Assembly: GCA_045863855.1 (NCBI GenBank)
Contig: BTVV01000026.1
Location: 1 to 64,000, forward strand
Length of the DNA stretch: 64,000 nucleotides
From: Planctomycetota bacterium
GTDB taxonomy: Bacteria; Planctomycetota; SZUA-567; H5-PLA8
Direction: 5' to 3'
Under the pieces are notes generated by a model that did not search any database, was not told the DNA's origin, and worked only from the letters and a program-made list of their open reading frames with translations. A program made the translations under genes and the position numbers. The stretch's first letter is position 1. Each line of letters opens with the position of its first letter. Positions 39,644 to 48,823 of the stretch are shown here, piece after piece.

Positions 39644-39838
39644 CGGCTACGCAAGGCAACGCCGCCCGGTGCCTGGAGTTAGACGCACGAGCGCAACCAA
39701 ATGCGACGCCACCGGCCGCCGCCCGGCTCCCTATAAGGAGCGGCCCCGTTGCCCGCGCGCAACTAAAGGAGGGAAATCCGAGCCCGACGATCCGCCAGCC
39801 AGAAGGGCTGTTGCAGCCGCCTCAACTCGCCGTAGCCG
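39644..39838. ncRNA. Candidate structured RNA or leader of unknown family
   Basis: Nested perfect stems (see findings); no known family motif recognised. Confidence 0.25.
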
Positions 39839-39888
39839 CTGCCCTTGCCGTGATCTGCCAACCGGCAAACGGAAGCTGGAAACGATGC

Positions 39889-41994
39889 CTACTCCGCCGT
39901 CGGCAATCCCAGCGCCTCGCTCAACGCATCCAGCGTCGCCGGCGCGTGATCCGTCGTGCGCACGCACAGCGCCTCCGGCGCGTCGAAGCGCTTGTACAGA
40001 AGCTGCGTGAAGGCGTAGGCGCGAGCGACCTCCTCGGCGGGCATTCGTTCGCGCCGTTCGTTGACGGTATTCAAGAGCGTCAGCGGACGCGGCGCGACGC
40101 TCGCCGCCACCTGCGGCAGATCGTAATCGTTCAAAACGCCGCCCAGGAAGACGCTGAAGTGATGGTTATGCAGGCGGTGCGCCACCAAACTCTTGTACGT
40201 GCCCAGCCCGCGCAAGAGCGCCGCGCGCCGGACCTTCGGGTCCAGCGCCGACGCGTACAGCGCCCACAGCGCGCCGCGGCCCACGCCCACCAGCGAAACC
40301 TCGTCCGCCAGCACGTCCGGCCGCGTACGCAAATACTCCAGCGCCCGAAGCGTATCGAAGACGCGCATCCCGAACAGGTTCAGACCCACGTTCAGTGCGC
40401 GCCGCGCCCACATCGATTCCGGACCCACCAGCAGCTTCTCGTACGGATCGCCTTCCAGCCGCTCGGGCTGCAAGCGCGTCTCGCCCGTACCCCGCACGTC
40501 GATGGAAAGAATATGGTACCCCGCCGCCGCCAGCCGCGTCATCCACGGCCCGATCGCGCTGATCGCCGCCACGCCCCGGTCGTGCAGCGCCAGCACCACC
40601 GGCCGCATCCGCCGGCCCTGGTCGTCGTCCGGAGGCGTATAAAACGCGTACGGAAGATAAATCCCCGCGTCGACGATCAAGCGCCCCTTCTCGACGCTCA
40701 GGCCCCAGTCCGTGCTGTGGCTCTCGACATGCGCTTCCACCGGACCCGTCGGCTCCGGCATCTGCAAGCGCGCCGCCATCCGCCGCCGCAGTTCTTCCTG
40801 CATCTTTCGCGCCGACTCCGCGTCGCGAGGCAACTCCGCCGCCGGCGGCAGATCGCCGGTCACCGCCAAATGCCGGTGAAACAGGTCCGCGTGCCCCAGC
40901 GAATTCCCCACCTGGCCCGTCTCGGTCGCCTGCAAAACCGTCGCCTTCTCCGTCGGCGCCTGCGTCTCGCGCACGTCCTGATTCGGAAGGCCGAAGGCCT
41001 TGGCCAGGAACTCCGCCGCGCGTACGCGCAGCACCCGGCCCACCGCCGCACCCGGCTCCAGCGTGCACGTCTCGAACGCCCCCGCGCCGCCGGCGCGTGC
41101 GTACGCCGAACGCAATTCCCCCACGTGCCCCGCCATCGGATCGGCTTCGTTCGCGCGATGCGGGTACGTCAGCAGCAGCGGCTTCGGCGCCAGCGTAATC
41201 AGGTGGTCCGCGGGCGCCACCCCGCGCGGCAGCGCGCCGAAGAGATTCTGGTCCACGCAGCCGCCGCCCAGCGGATCCAATTCCTCCGCGCCCAGCACGC
41301 ACACCGCCGCCGCGATCCGCTCGTCCAGGCACGCCAGGTAGCGCAAGACCGCCGTCCCGCCGTCCAATCCCACGACGCCCAGCCGAGTCCCATCGACGTC
41401 GCCGCGTTCGGCCAGCACATCCAGCGCCCGGATCGCCTCCCACGTCATCGATCGGCCCAGATGCCGCCCCGTCAGGAAGAGCATGTTGCCCAGATGCGTG
41501 TGCTCGGCCGCCACCGTGTGCCCGATCCAGCTCCGCCGCATCGGCACATCGAAGAACTGAATCCGCTCGCCCTGACCCAACTGGTCGAATACCAGCGTCA
41601 CGATCCCGCGCCGCGCCAGCATCTGCGCCAGGCGCTGGTACTCCGCGGCCGCCTTGCCCTCGACGTTGTGGTTGCTCAGCAGCAGCGCCGCCGGACGCTT
41701 CGACGACGGACCCGCCGGCACGTACACGTTCGCCGTCGCCAGAATGTCCGCGCGGCTCAGGAACGTCACCACCTCGACCGTGTACCCCTCGCGCGGCAAG
41801 CGGTCGATCGGCTGCAACGACAACGGCACGCGCTCCGGAAGCGCGCCCAGAATCTCCGCCGTCACCGCACGCACCTCCGCCTGCCGCGCGCGAAACGCCG
41901 CCGCATCCGCGATGCCCGCCATGCGCTGCGCCCGCAGCCGCAACTGAGCTTCGGCCTTGGTCCGGATGTAGGTTTCGACGATGCCTTCGTGCAT
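39889..41994 (-). CDS. Tandem alpha/beta hydrolase (acetylxylan-esterase-like) protein with degenerate nucleophile motifs
   Basis: DQLGQGER, IRALDVL, VGLDGG, APKPLL; second domain IDVRGTGE, GVGRG, VAPRPL; GAGGA RBS. Confidence 0.7.
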   Translation of the reverse strand: MHEGIVETYIRTKAEAQLRLRAQRMAGIADAAAFRARQAEVRAVTAEILGALPERVPLSLQPIDRLPREGYTVEVVTFLSRADILATANVYVPAGPSSKRPAALLLSNHNVEGKAAAEYQRLAQMLARRGIVTLVFDQLGQGERIQFFDVPMRRSWIGHTVAAEHTHLGNMLFLTGRHLGRSMTWEAIRALDVLAERGDVDGTRLGVVGLDGGTAVLRYLACLDERIAAAVCVLGAEELDPLGGGCVDQNLFGALPRGVAPADHLITLAPKPLLLTYPHRANEADPMAGHVGELRSAYARAGGAGAFETCTLEPGAAVGRVLRVRAAEFLAKAFGLPNQDVRETQAPTEKATVLQATETGQVGNSLGHADLFHRHLAVTGDLPPAAELPRDAESARKMQEELRRRMAARLQMPEPTGPVEAHVESHSTDWGLSVEKGRLIVDAGIYLPYAFYTPPDDDQGRRMRPVVLALHDRGVAAISAIGPWMTRLAAAGYHILSIDVRGTGETRLQPERLEGDPYEKLLVGPESMWARRALNVGLNLFGMRVFDTLRALEYLRTRPDVLADEVSLVGVGRGALWALYASALDPKVRRAALLRGLGTYKSLVAHRLHNHHFSVFLGGVLNDYDLPQVAASVAPRPLTLLNTVNERRERMPAEEVARAYAFTQLLYKRFDAPEALCVRTTDHAPATLDALSEALGLPTAE

Positions 41995-42240
41995 GCCCGT
42001 TCCTCTGATGCGAACGACTCCGCGCCGCGCGCGCGTGCGGGTCGGCGCGCGCCGCGCGGAATCGTCAGGAAACATGGAAGCGAGAAAGAGCGAACCGGCG
42101 GCGCGAAAATACGAATCGCAAAGGTGAACGGTGTGCTCGCACCGCCGCGATACTACGCACCTAAATGTAGCACGCGAATTGCCTCAGCGGCAAACTTTCG
42201 CCCAAATTCCGGCGCGCCATGCCCGCCGCCCGCAGCCTGC

Positions 42241-42263
42241 GTATCGCGGGCGTCTCGCCCGCA
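42241..42263 (+). repeat. Single REP-like palindrome
   Basis: GTATCGCGGGCGTCTCGCCCGCA; GTAG-like tetramer plus GCGGGCG/CGCCCGC stem. Confidence 0.4.
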
Positions 42264-42346
42264 GTCCTGCCCTGGCCGTTATTCGACGTTTAGACGTTTG
42301 AACGTTGTCTGGCGCTTGCCGTCTGATGTTTGCTGTTAATGCCCGC

Positions 42347-43753
42347 CTACAACAATACCTCCGTCCCCGCCTCCAGCGGCGGCAAGCCCAGCCGGTCCAG
42401 CCCCGATCCGTCGTCGCTCGTCAGCGGCGATATCTCCAGCCGCAGCCGCGGTTCCCCCTGCGCGTCCCGAGGAACCTTCTGCCCCGCCGCGTCCAGCCAA
42501 CGCGCGTACTGCCGCATCAGGTACGCCCGCGCCGTCGCCGGACTGTCCTCGCCTTCCGCGTTTTTCACCGGCGCGAACTCCTCCTCGCGCGCCACCTCCA
42601 TCGTCACCGCCGCCTTCGCCTGCGGCAGCGCATCGAAGACGAACGTCTCGAACTTGATCCCGTTCTTCTCGCCCGGCTTCAGCTTCACCGGCTGGCCCTG
42701 CTCGTCCACGCACGGCACGGTCTTTTCGGCCTTATGGTACGGAAGCCGAAAGCCGCCCGCGTTCAGCCGCTCCACGAAGCCCAGATCCAGCACGTGGATC
42801 GCGATGCTCCCCGCGCCGAAGCGCAGCGAACCGTCTTTATTCACCGCCTGCGCCAACTCTTCCGGCAGATCGCTGTACTCGATCACGCCCAGCTTCCCGT
42901 CGAGGTAACCGATCACCCCGACCTTCTCCTTCCAGTCGCGTTTGCGCACGACCTTGCTCGACATCTCCGCCCCGGCCTGCAAGTGGTAGCCCACGAAGAC
43001 CGGATCGGCGATCTTCACCAGCACGTTATCGACCTGGAAGTAGTGCAGCGTATCGACGCCTTGCCCGCGCAGCCACGCGACGGCCCCCGAATCGTGCAGC
43101 GCCTTGATCGACCCCCCGTGCCCGTTCGGCGCCAGCGCCAGGCTCGATCGCGTCTCCAGCAGCAGCTTCCCGCGCCGGTCGACGGCCGGCATGTTTTCCT
43201 GCACGATAAAGCGCACGCTCTCCGCGCCCAGCCCGTGGTAATCGCGCTTCTCGAAATACCGCCGCGTCGCCGCGTCGTTGGCCGAACTCGTCATGATCAC
43301 CCACGGCAGCGCGGTCTTGTGCCGCTTGCGCAGCGCCTTGATCTTCTCGGCGTGCAACTGAAAAAGCGTCCGCTCCGAAACCGGCCCGATCTCGAACGCG
43401 CCCTTCGGCCCGTCGAAGCCCAGCCGCGTGCCTTGCCCGCCCGCGACCAGAAACGCCGCCACGCGCCCCTTGCGCAACGCCTCCACGCCCGCGTTTTTGG
43501 CGTCCCGCTCGCGCCGCAGTTCGTCCGCCGTCCGCGGCAAGCCGATCACCGGAGCCGGCTCGATCCGCGCCGCCGCCGCCGCGCTTCCCGCCGCGGACAA
43601 CTCCCCCGTCAGCCGCGCCAGCAGGTCGAAGTCCAACGCGTGCAACTGCCCCAGCAGTTGCGCGCGCTCGCCTTCCGGCAGGCGGTCCCAGAAGCGCAGA
43701 ACCTGCTCCTGCTCCCGCGCGCGCAACGTCTCCAGCAGCCGTTCGACGCTCAT
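42347..43753 (-). CDS. Eukaryote-type (UDPGP type 1 family) UDP-N-acetylglucosamine/UDP-sugar pyrophosphorylase
   Basis: AGGQGTRLG, PKG, PNGHGG, QVDN, EYSD, KFETFVFD, EFAPVKN. Confidence 0.9.
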   Translation of the reverse strand: MSVERLLETLRAREQEQVLRFWDRLPEGERAQLLGQLHALDFDLLARLTGELSAAGSAAAAARIEPAPVIGLPRTADELRRERDAKNAGVEALRKGRVAAFLVAGGQGTRLGFDGPKGAFEIGPVSERTLFQLHAEKIKALRKRHKTALPWVIMTSSANDAATRRYFEKRDYHGLGAESVRFIVQENMPAVDRRGKLLLETRSSLALAPNGHGGSIKALHDSGAVAWLRGQGVDTLHYFQVDNVLVKIADPVFVGYHLQAGAEMSSKVVRKRDWKEKVGVIGYLDGKLGVIEYSDLPEELAQAVNKDGSLRFGAGSIAIHVLDLGFVERLNAGGFRLPYHKAEKTVPCVDEQGQPVKLKPGEKNGIKFETFVFDALPQAKAAVTMEVAREEEFAPVKNAEGEDSPATARAYLMRQYARWLDAAGQKVPRDAQGEPRLRLEISPLTSDDGSGLDRLGLPPLEAGTEVLL

Positions 43754-44256
43754 GGCGTCATCGTCTCCGCAAAGCGCCGCACCCAGTCTTCCTGCTCCCG
43801 CGTATCGGGCACGCGCATCCCGCGCGCCGCGCTGATCCGGTCCAGCGCCTCGTCCGCCTTCAACCCCAGCAGAATCAGCGTGCACGCCGCCATCAGCGTC
43901 GCCCGCCCGATCCCCGCGAAGCAGTGCACCGCCACCGACCGGCCCGCTTCGATCTCCTGCTTCAGCTTCAACGCGAACGCCCGCGCTTCCGCCGGATCTT
44001 CGGGCACGCCGTGGTCTTGGATCGGAAACGCCAGAAAGCGCAAGCCCGCGCCCTCGCAGCACGGCCGCTCGTCTTGAAGCTGCAAAACCTCGGCGTCGTA
44101 CGGTTCCAGCAGCGAAACGACCGTCTGCACGCCTTCGCGGCGCAACGCCTCCATCTGAGCGGGCAGGAATTCCGCGCCGTACGGGTGCGCCATCGTGCCC
44201 AGGCGGCCCGGCGACACCCCGTCGATCCAATGGACCTTGCAGCGCGCGGCGCTCAT
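43750..44256 (-). CDS. Dual-specificity/protein-tyrosine phosphatase family protein
   Basis: PIQDHGVP acid loop, HCFAGIGRA (CX5R), VPDTREQ; ATGA overlap with next gene. Confidence 0.9.
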   Translation of the reverse strand: MSAARCKVHWIDGVSPGRLGTMAHPYGAEFLPAQMEALRREGVQTVVSLLEPYDAEVLQLQDERPCCEGAGLRFLAFPIQDHGVPEDPAEARAFALKLKQEIEAGRSVAVHCFAGIGRATLMAACTLILLGLKADEALDRISAARGMRVPDTREQEDWVRRFAETMTP

Positions 44257-44373
44257 GCGATCCCCTGGCCCGCCGACGGCCCGCGAATCAGAAAAGATAC
44301 CCGTGAATGCCTGTTGCCGCTGAAGCGCCAAGCACCCTTCAAAGGGGACGTAAGCCGCGCGACTTCCTTCTAA

Positions 44374-45276
44374 TTACTGCGCCGCGCCCGCCAGAGCGTT
44401 CGGCTCCATGCCCATCGAATGATACCCCTTGTCCACGTATACCGTGGTTCCGGAGATCCCCTGCCCCAGCGCCGAACACAGAAACGCCGCGGTGTTCCCT
44501 ACGTCGGCGGCCGTATTGTTTTCCGGCAGCGCGCTGTTCTTCTTGTAGTAATCGATCAACAGCTCGATCGTCCCGATCGCCTTCGCCGCGCGGCTCGCCA
44601 GCGGGCCGGCGCTGATCGTATTCACGCGCACCCCGTACTTCCGCCCCGCCTCGAACGCCAGCACGCGCGTATCGCTCTCCAGCGCCGCCTTCGCGCTGCT
44701 CATCCCCCCGCCGTACCCCGGAATCACCCGCTCGCTGGCCATGTACGTCAGCGAGACCACCGACCCGCCGGGGCGCATCAGCGGGCCGAAGCGCTGCACC
44801 AGGCTCACCATCGAATACGCGCTCGCGCTCACCGCCGCCAGATACCCCTTGCGGCTCGTCTCCAAGAGCGGCTTCTTCACCTCCGGACCGTTCGCCAGCG
44901 AATGCACCAGGATGTCCACGCTCTGCGGGCCGTGCTCCGCCGCCCACGCCGCCGCCACCTCCGAGATGCTGTAGTTCGAGAGTTCCTTGTAGCGCTTGTC
45001 GTCGCGAATCTCCGGCGGCACGTCCTCCGGCGTATCGAACGCCGCATCCAGCGGATAGACCTTCTCGATCTTCATCCTCCCGCCGCCCGGAAGCTCCAAG
45101 TCCAGCTTGTCGCGCTCCAAACTCTTCGAAAAAAGCCCCAGCACCGGCGGCCACGTCCCGACGCTCACCGACGCGCCCGCCGCCGCCAGCGCCTTGCAGA
45201 TCGCCCAGCCGTACCCGTGGTCGTCCGCGATCCCCGCCACGAACGCCCGCTTCCCCGTCAAATCGATGTTCAGCAT
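44374..45276 (-). CDS. fabI: Enoyl-ACP reductase, plant/chlamydial type
   Basis: [47 protein letters not shown]. Confidence 0.95.
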   Translation of the reverse strand: MLNIDLTGKRAFVAGIADDHGYGWAICKALAAAGASVSVGTWPPVLGLFSKSLERDKLDLELPGGGRMKIEKVYPLDAAFDTPEDVPPEIRDDKRYKELSNYSISEVAAAWAAEHGPQSVDILVHSLANGPEVKKPLLETSRKGYLAAVSASAYSMVSLVQRFGPLMRPGGSVVSLTYMASERVIPGYGGGMSSAKAALESDTRVLAFEAGRKYGVRVNTISAGPLASRAAKAIGTIELLIDYYKKNSALPENNTAADVGNTAAFLCSALGQGISGTTVYVDKGYHSMGMEPNALAGAAQ

Positions 45277-45407
45277 CGCTCAATGGTCCCCGTACGCTTC
45301 GGTGTTGGATGAACTGCTGCCGAAACTATACCGAGTGCCGGAGAAGATGGAAGCGCGAGCGGACGGGGGGACGGTGAACGGCAATTCGTTCACGGGCAAC
45401 TGGAAAC

Positions 45408-46853
45408 CTACACCGCGTTCCGCGTCAACACTTCCTCCGCCGCGCCGGGCATGCCCCGTTCGAGCAGATACTCCACGTAACGCTCGCGCTGCCCGCGCGT
45501 CGCGCACGGGCCGCCTTCGTGTATCACCGTGTTCAATGGATCGGTGTACGCCTGCGGGCGCGAGACCAGATCGTGCGTCCACGCCAGCAGATGCCGGCTC
45601 CCCTGCGCCACCAACTCCGGACGCTCGCCCGATAAATCGCGCGTCTCGTGCGGATCGCGCTTCACGTCGAAGAGCAGCGTCGGCGGCAGCGGCTTCAACC
45701 CCGGATGCAACGTCTGGATCAGCAGGTAATCGTCCCAGCGCACGCTGCGCTGGCACGTCCACAACCCCTGCCCCAACACCAGGCTCTCCCGCCCGCGCCA
45801 GGTTTCTCCGCGCAAGGCCGCGGCGAAACTCGTCCCGTCCCACTGCGCCGGGCGTTCCGCGCCGGCCAGCTCCGCGATCGTCGCCGTCAGATCCAGGTTG
45901 TAGCACAGCCCGTCGTGCCGCCCCGGCTTCGTCAAGCCCGGCCAGCGCACGATCAACGGGATGTGCGCCGTCGCCTCGTCGGCGCAATGATGGTCGCCGT
46001 AGACGTTCAGCTCGCCCTGTTGCTCGCCGTGGTCCGCGCTGAAAATAATCGCCGTATCGTCCAGCACGCCTTGCCGTTCGAGCTCCCCCAGCACCTGCCC
46101 GATATGGTCGTCCATGTAGCGGATGCCCGTGTCGTATCCGTCGATCCAGGTCTTGAAGTCCTCGCGCGTGCGCAACGCTTCCACTTCGCGCGCGGTCGGC
46201 TTGGGGTTGCGGTAGCGGTAGTTGATCGGCTCCGAAGCGCTGCGCGGGCCGTAGCTGGCGTGCTGCTTCTCCAACGTCGCCGCGTCGGGCCACGCCGGAG
46301 CCGGTTCGTGCGCGAACGGGTTCCCGTATTCCGCCGGCGTGCGGTACGGGCGGTGCGGATCCCAGTAATTAAGGTGCAGGAACCAGCGGTCGCGTTTCGC
46401 GTTCGCTTCCAGCCACGGCAACGCCGCCGCGTTCGTCTCGCTCGCGATCTCGTGCCCGGCCTTGCCCGTATCCAGCACCTCGCGGAAGCCCGCGCCGCTG
46501 TGCCACGCCGAATGGCGCTGGATAAAGGGTGAGATGAAGCACGTGTACCAGCCCGCCGTCACCAGCGCCCGCGGCAAGGCCGCGTCCGCCGCGCGAGCGC
46601 CCCCGCCCATGTTCGGACGGCGCGGATACGAAGGCGTGCCGTGGTGCGTCACCACCCCCGTCTTGAATCCGAATTGGCCGGTCAATAACGCCGTGCGCGA
46701 CGGCAAGCACGGCGTGTCCGACGCGTAACAGTTCCCGAAGACCGCCGCCTCCCGCGCGATCCGGTCGATCTGCGGCGACGTCTGCCGCGCGTACCCGTAG
46801 CAACCCAGATGATCGGGCCGGCAACTGTCCATGTCGATGTAGAGGATACGCAA
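45408..46853 (-). CDS. Sulfatase (Cys-type)
   Basis: DHLGCYGY, CLPSR, ADHGE, LFDVKRDPHE; GGAGA RBS before TTG 46853. Confidence 0.9.
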   Translation of the reverse strand: MRILYIDMDSCRPDHLGCYGYARQTSPQIDRIAREAAVFGNCYASDTPCLPSRTALLTGQFGFKTGVVTHHGTPSYPRRPNMGGGARAADAALPRALVTAGWYTCFISPFIQRHSAWHSGAGFREVLDTGKAGHEIASETNAAALPWLEANAKRDRWFLHLNYWDPHRPYRTPAEYGNPFAHEPAPAWPDAATLEKQHASYGPRSASEPINYRYRNPKPTAREVEALRTREDFKTWIDGYDTGIRYMDDHIGQVLGELERQGVLDDTAIIFSADHGEQQGELNVYGDHHCADEATAHIPLIVRWPGLTKPGRHDGLCYNLDLTATIAELAGAERPAQWDGTSFAAALRGETWRGRESLVLGQGLWTCQRSVRWDDYLLIQTLHPGLKPLPPTLLFDVKRDPHETRDLSGERPELVAQGSRHLLAWTHDLVSRPQAYTDPLNTVIHEGGPCATRGQRERYVEYLLERGMPGAAEEVLTRNAV

Positions 46854-47013
46854 AACGGTTTTCTCCCAGGCGATTTCGGATGGCTGAATGGGGCTTGGGG
46901 ATGGAACGGCCGCCGCGCCGCCGTCCCGATGCACCCCCCTTATCGTGCGCCTCCCGGGATAGCGCCAACGCTACGCGCTCCCCAAGCGCCCCAAACCGCT
47001 ACCCGCAATCGCC

Positions 47014-48486
47014 CTACGCCTCCCTCGGCGCCCCGTCGAACTTCTCCAACCACGCCGCATGCGCTTCGCGGCCGGTCTCGCGGAGGAACGCCGCGAAGCC
47101 CGGAAGGTTCTTCGCGTTCGCGTGCAACGGACCGCCTTCGGCAATCACCTGATGCAACGGATCGGGATGCCCGCTCTTCTTCAACTGCTCCGCCACCCAG
47201 CCGTCGATGATCCGCAAGCCGTGGTTCACCAAGTCCGGCCGCTTCGAAGCGAGGTTGTGCTGTTCGTGCGGATCGTCTTTCAAATTAAAGAGCATCAAGC
47301 TCGGGAAATGCTTGTGACCCGTGTGGTAGGTCCGGATCAGGATCCAATCGTCCCAGCGCGCCGAACGCTGGCAGCTCCACGCCCCCTGGCTCAAGACCAG
47401 GCTCTCGCGCCCCGTCTCCTTCCCGCTGCGCAACGTCTCCGCGAACGACCGCCCGTCCCAGCATTCCGGTTGCGTGCCGCCGAAGAGGTCCACCAGCGTG
47501 CTCGCCAGATCGATGTTGTAGTGCATGCCCTTGAAGACCCGGCCGGCCTTGTCGTCGGTCAGCCCCGGCCACTTCACGATCAACGGAACGTTGTTCGTGA
47601 TCTGGTCGGCCGTCTGGTGGTCGCCCCAGACTTCCAGCTCGCCGTGGTTCTCGCCATGGTCCGAACTGACGATGATCGCCGTGTCCTCGTAGATGCCCAG
47701 ATCCTTCAGCTTCTGGACCACCTTCCCGACGTAGTGGTCGGCGTAGTGAATCCCCGTGTCGTACCCGTCGATCCACTTCTTGAAGTCCGCCGGCGTCTTG
47801 ATCTCGTGGACGCCGCGCGGCCACGGCAGCTTATCGGCCTTGTAGTTCGAATGCGGGCGCTGGATATCGTGCGGACTGTAGCTCTGCCGCTGCTTGTCGA
47901 TCACGCTTTGCGTCACCCACGCGGGGGGCGGATCGTCCTTGAACGGCTCGCCGTACTCCAACGGCGTGTCGTACGGCGTGTGCGGATCCCAATAGTTGAA
48001 ATGCAGGAACCACTTGTCGCGCGACGCATTGTTCTCCAGCCAGCGCTCGACGTACGGATACACCACCTCCGCCCGCTCGTGCCCGTTGCTCCCGCTGTCG
48101 AACGTCTCGTGGAACCCCTCCCAGACGTGGTACGCGCTGTGCCGGTGCGGAAACGGGCTGATCGACGCCGTGTACCAGCCCGCCTGCCGCAACCGTTCGG
48201 CCAGCGCCCAGTCCGTGCTCTTGCTCCGAAAACCCCGCCCCGGCCCCTCGACCCGGATATCCGCCTGCGTCCCGCCGTGGTTCACCACGCCCGTGTGAAT
48301 CCCGAAGCGCCCCGTAAACAACGCCGTCCGCGAAGGCAGACACGGCGTGTCCGTCGCGTAGTAATTCGTGAAGCGCACGCCCTGAGCGGCCAAGGCGTCG
48401 AGGTTCGGCGACGTCTTGCGGTGATAACCGTAACAGCTCAAGTGGTCGGTGCGCATCGAATCGATGTCGATGTAGATCACGCGCAT
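47014..48486 (-). CDS. Sulfatase (Cys-type), paralog of the downstream gene
   Basis: DHLSCYGY, CLPSR, SDHGE, LFNLKDDPHE; AAGGAG RBS. Confidence 0.92.
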   Translation of the reverse strand: MRVIYIDIDSMRTDHLSCYGYHRKTSPNLDALAAQGVRFTNYYATDTPCLPSRTALFTGRFGIHTGVVNHGGTQADIRVEGPGRGFRSKSTDWALAERLRQAGWYTASISPFPHRHSAYHVWEGFHETFDSGSNGHERAEVVYPYVERWLENNASRDKWFLHFNYWDPHTPYDTPLEYGEPFKDDPPPAWVTQSVIDKQRQSYSPHDIQRPHSNYKADKLPWPRGVHEIKTPADFKKWIDGYDTGIHYADHYVGKVVQKLKDLGIYEDTAIIVSSDHGENHGELEVWGDHQTADQITNNVPLIVKWPGLTDDKAGRVFKGMHYNIDLASTLVDLFGGTQPECWDGRSFAETLRSGKETGRESLVLSQGAWSCQRSARWDDWILIRTYHTGHKHFPSLMLFNLKDDPHEQHNLASKRPDLVNHGLRIIDGWVAEQLKKSGHPDPLHQVIAEGGPLHANAKNLPGFAAFLRETGREAHAAWLEKFDGAPREA

Positions 48487-48775
48487 GGCGTCGGACTCCT
48501 TTTCGAGGTTCGTCCGATACTTATATCATACTCCGATAGAAATGTCCAATTTTTCACGCACCCCCGACGTGCATACCCGACGCATGCCCCGCACCCGTGC
48601 CGCACCAGGTGCGCCCGAAAATACACAATGCGTTATTCAAAAATAGCAGTTTTATGGCAGAATCGATTTTTTGCCCTACGTGCGCCCCGAATTCGACCGC
48701 ACGGTCGGCTTATTTAAACCCAATAAAATGGTCCCGGAAATCGACGCACCTGTGCGCCGCTGCGCACGTCGTGAA

Positions 48776-48791
48776 TGTTCCACGTGGAACA
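48776..48791. promoter_or_regulatory. parS centromere-like site (ParB binding)
   Basis: Perfect 16-bp palindrome TGTTCCACGTGGAACA, intergenic. Confidence 0.9.
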
Positions 48792-48823
48792 TTTGCCCTT
48801 TTCGGCCGCCTGCCCCGGCCGAT

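Noticed and set aside
39760..39815. Cobalamin riboswitch (AGGGAA...AGCCAGAAG)
   Set aside because: Intervening conserved elements (GCCACTG, GGGAAG) are missing, spacing is too short, and it faces away from uppP
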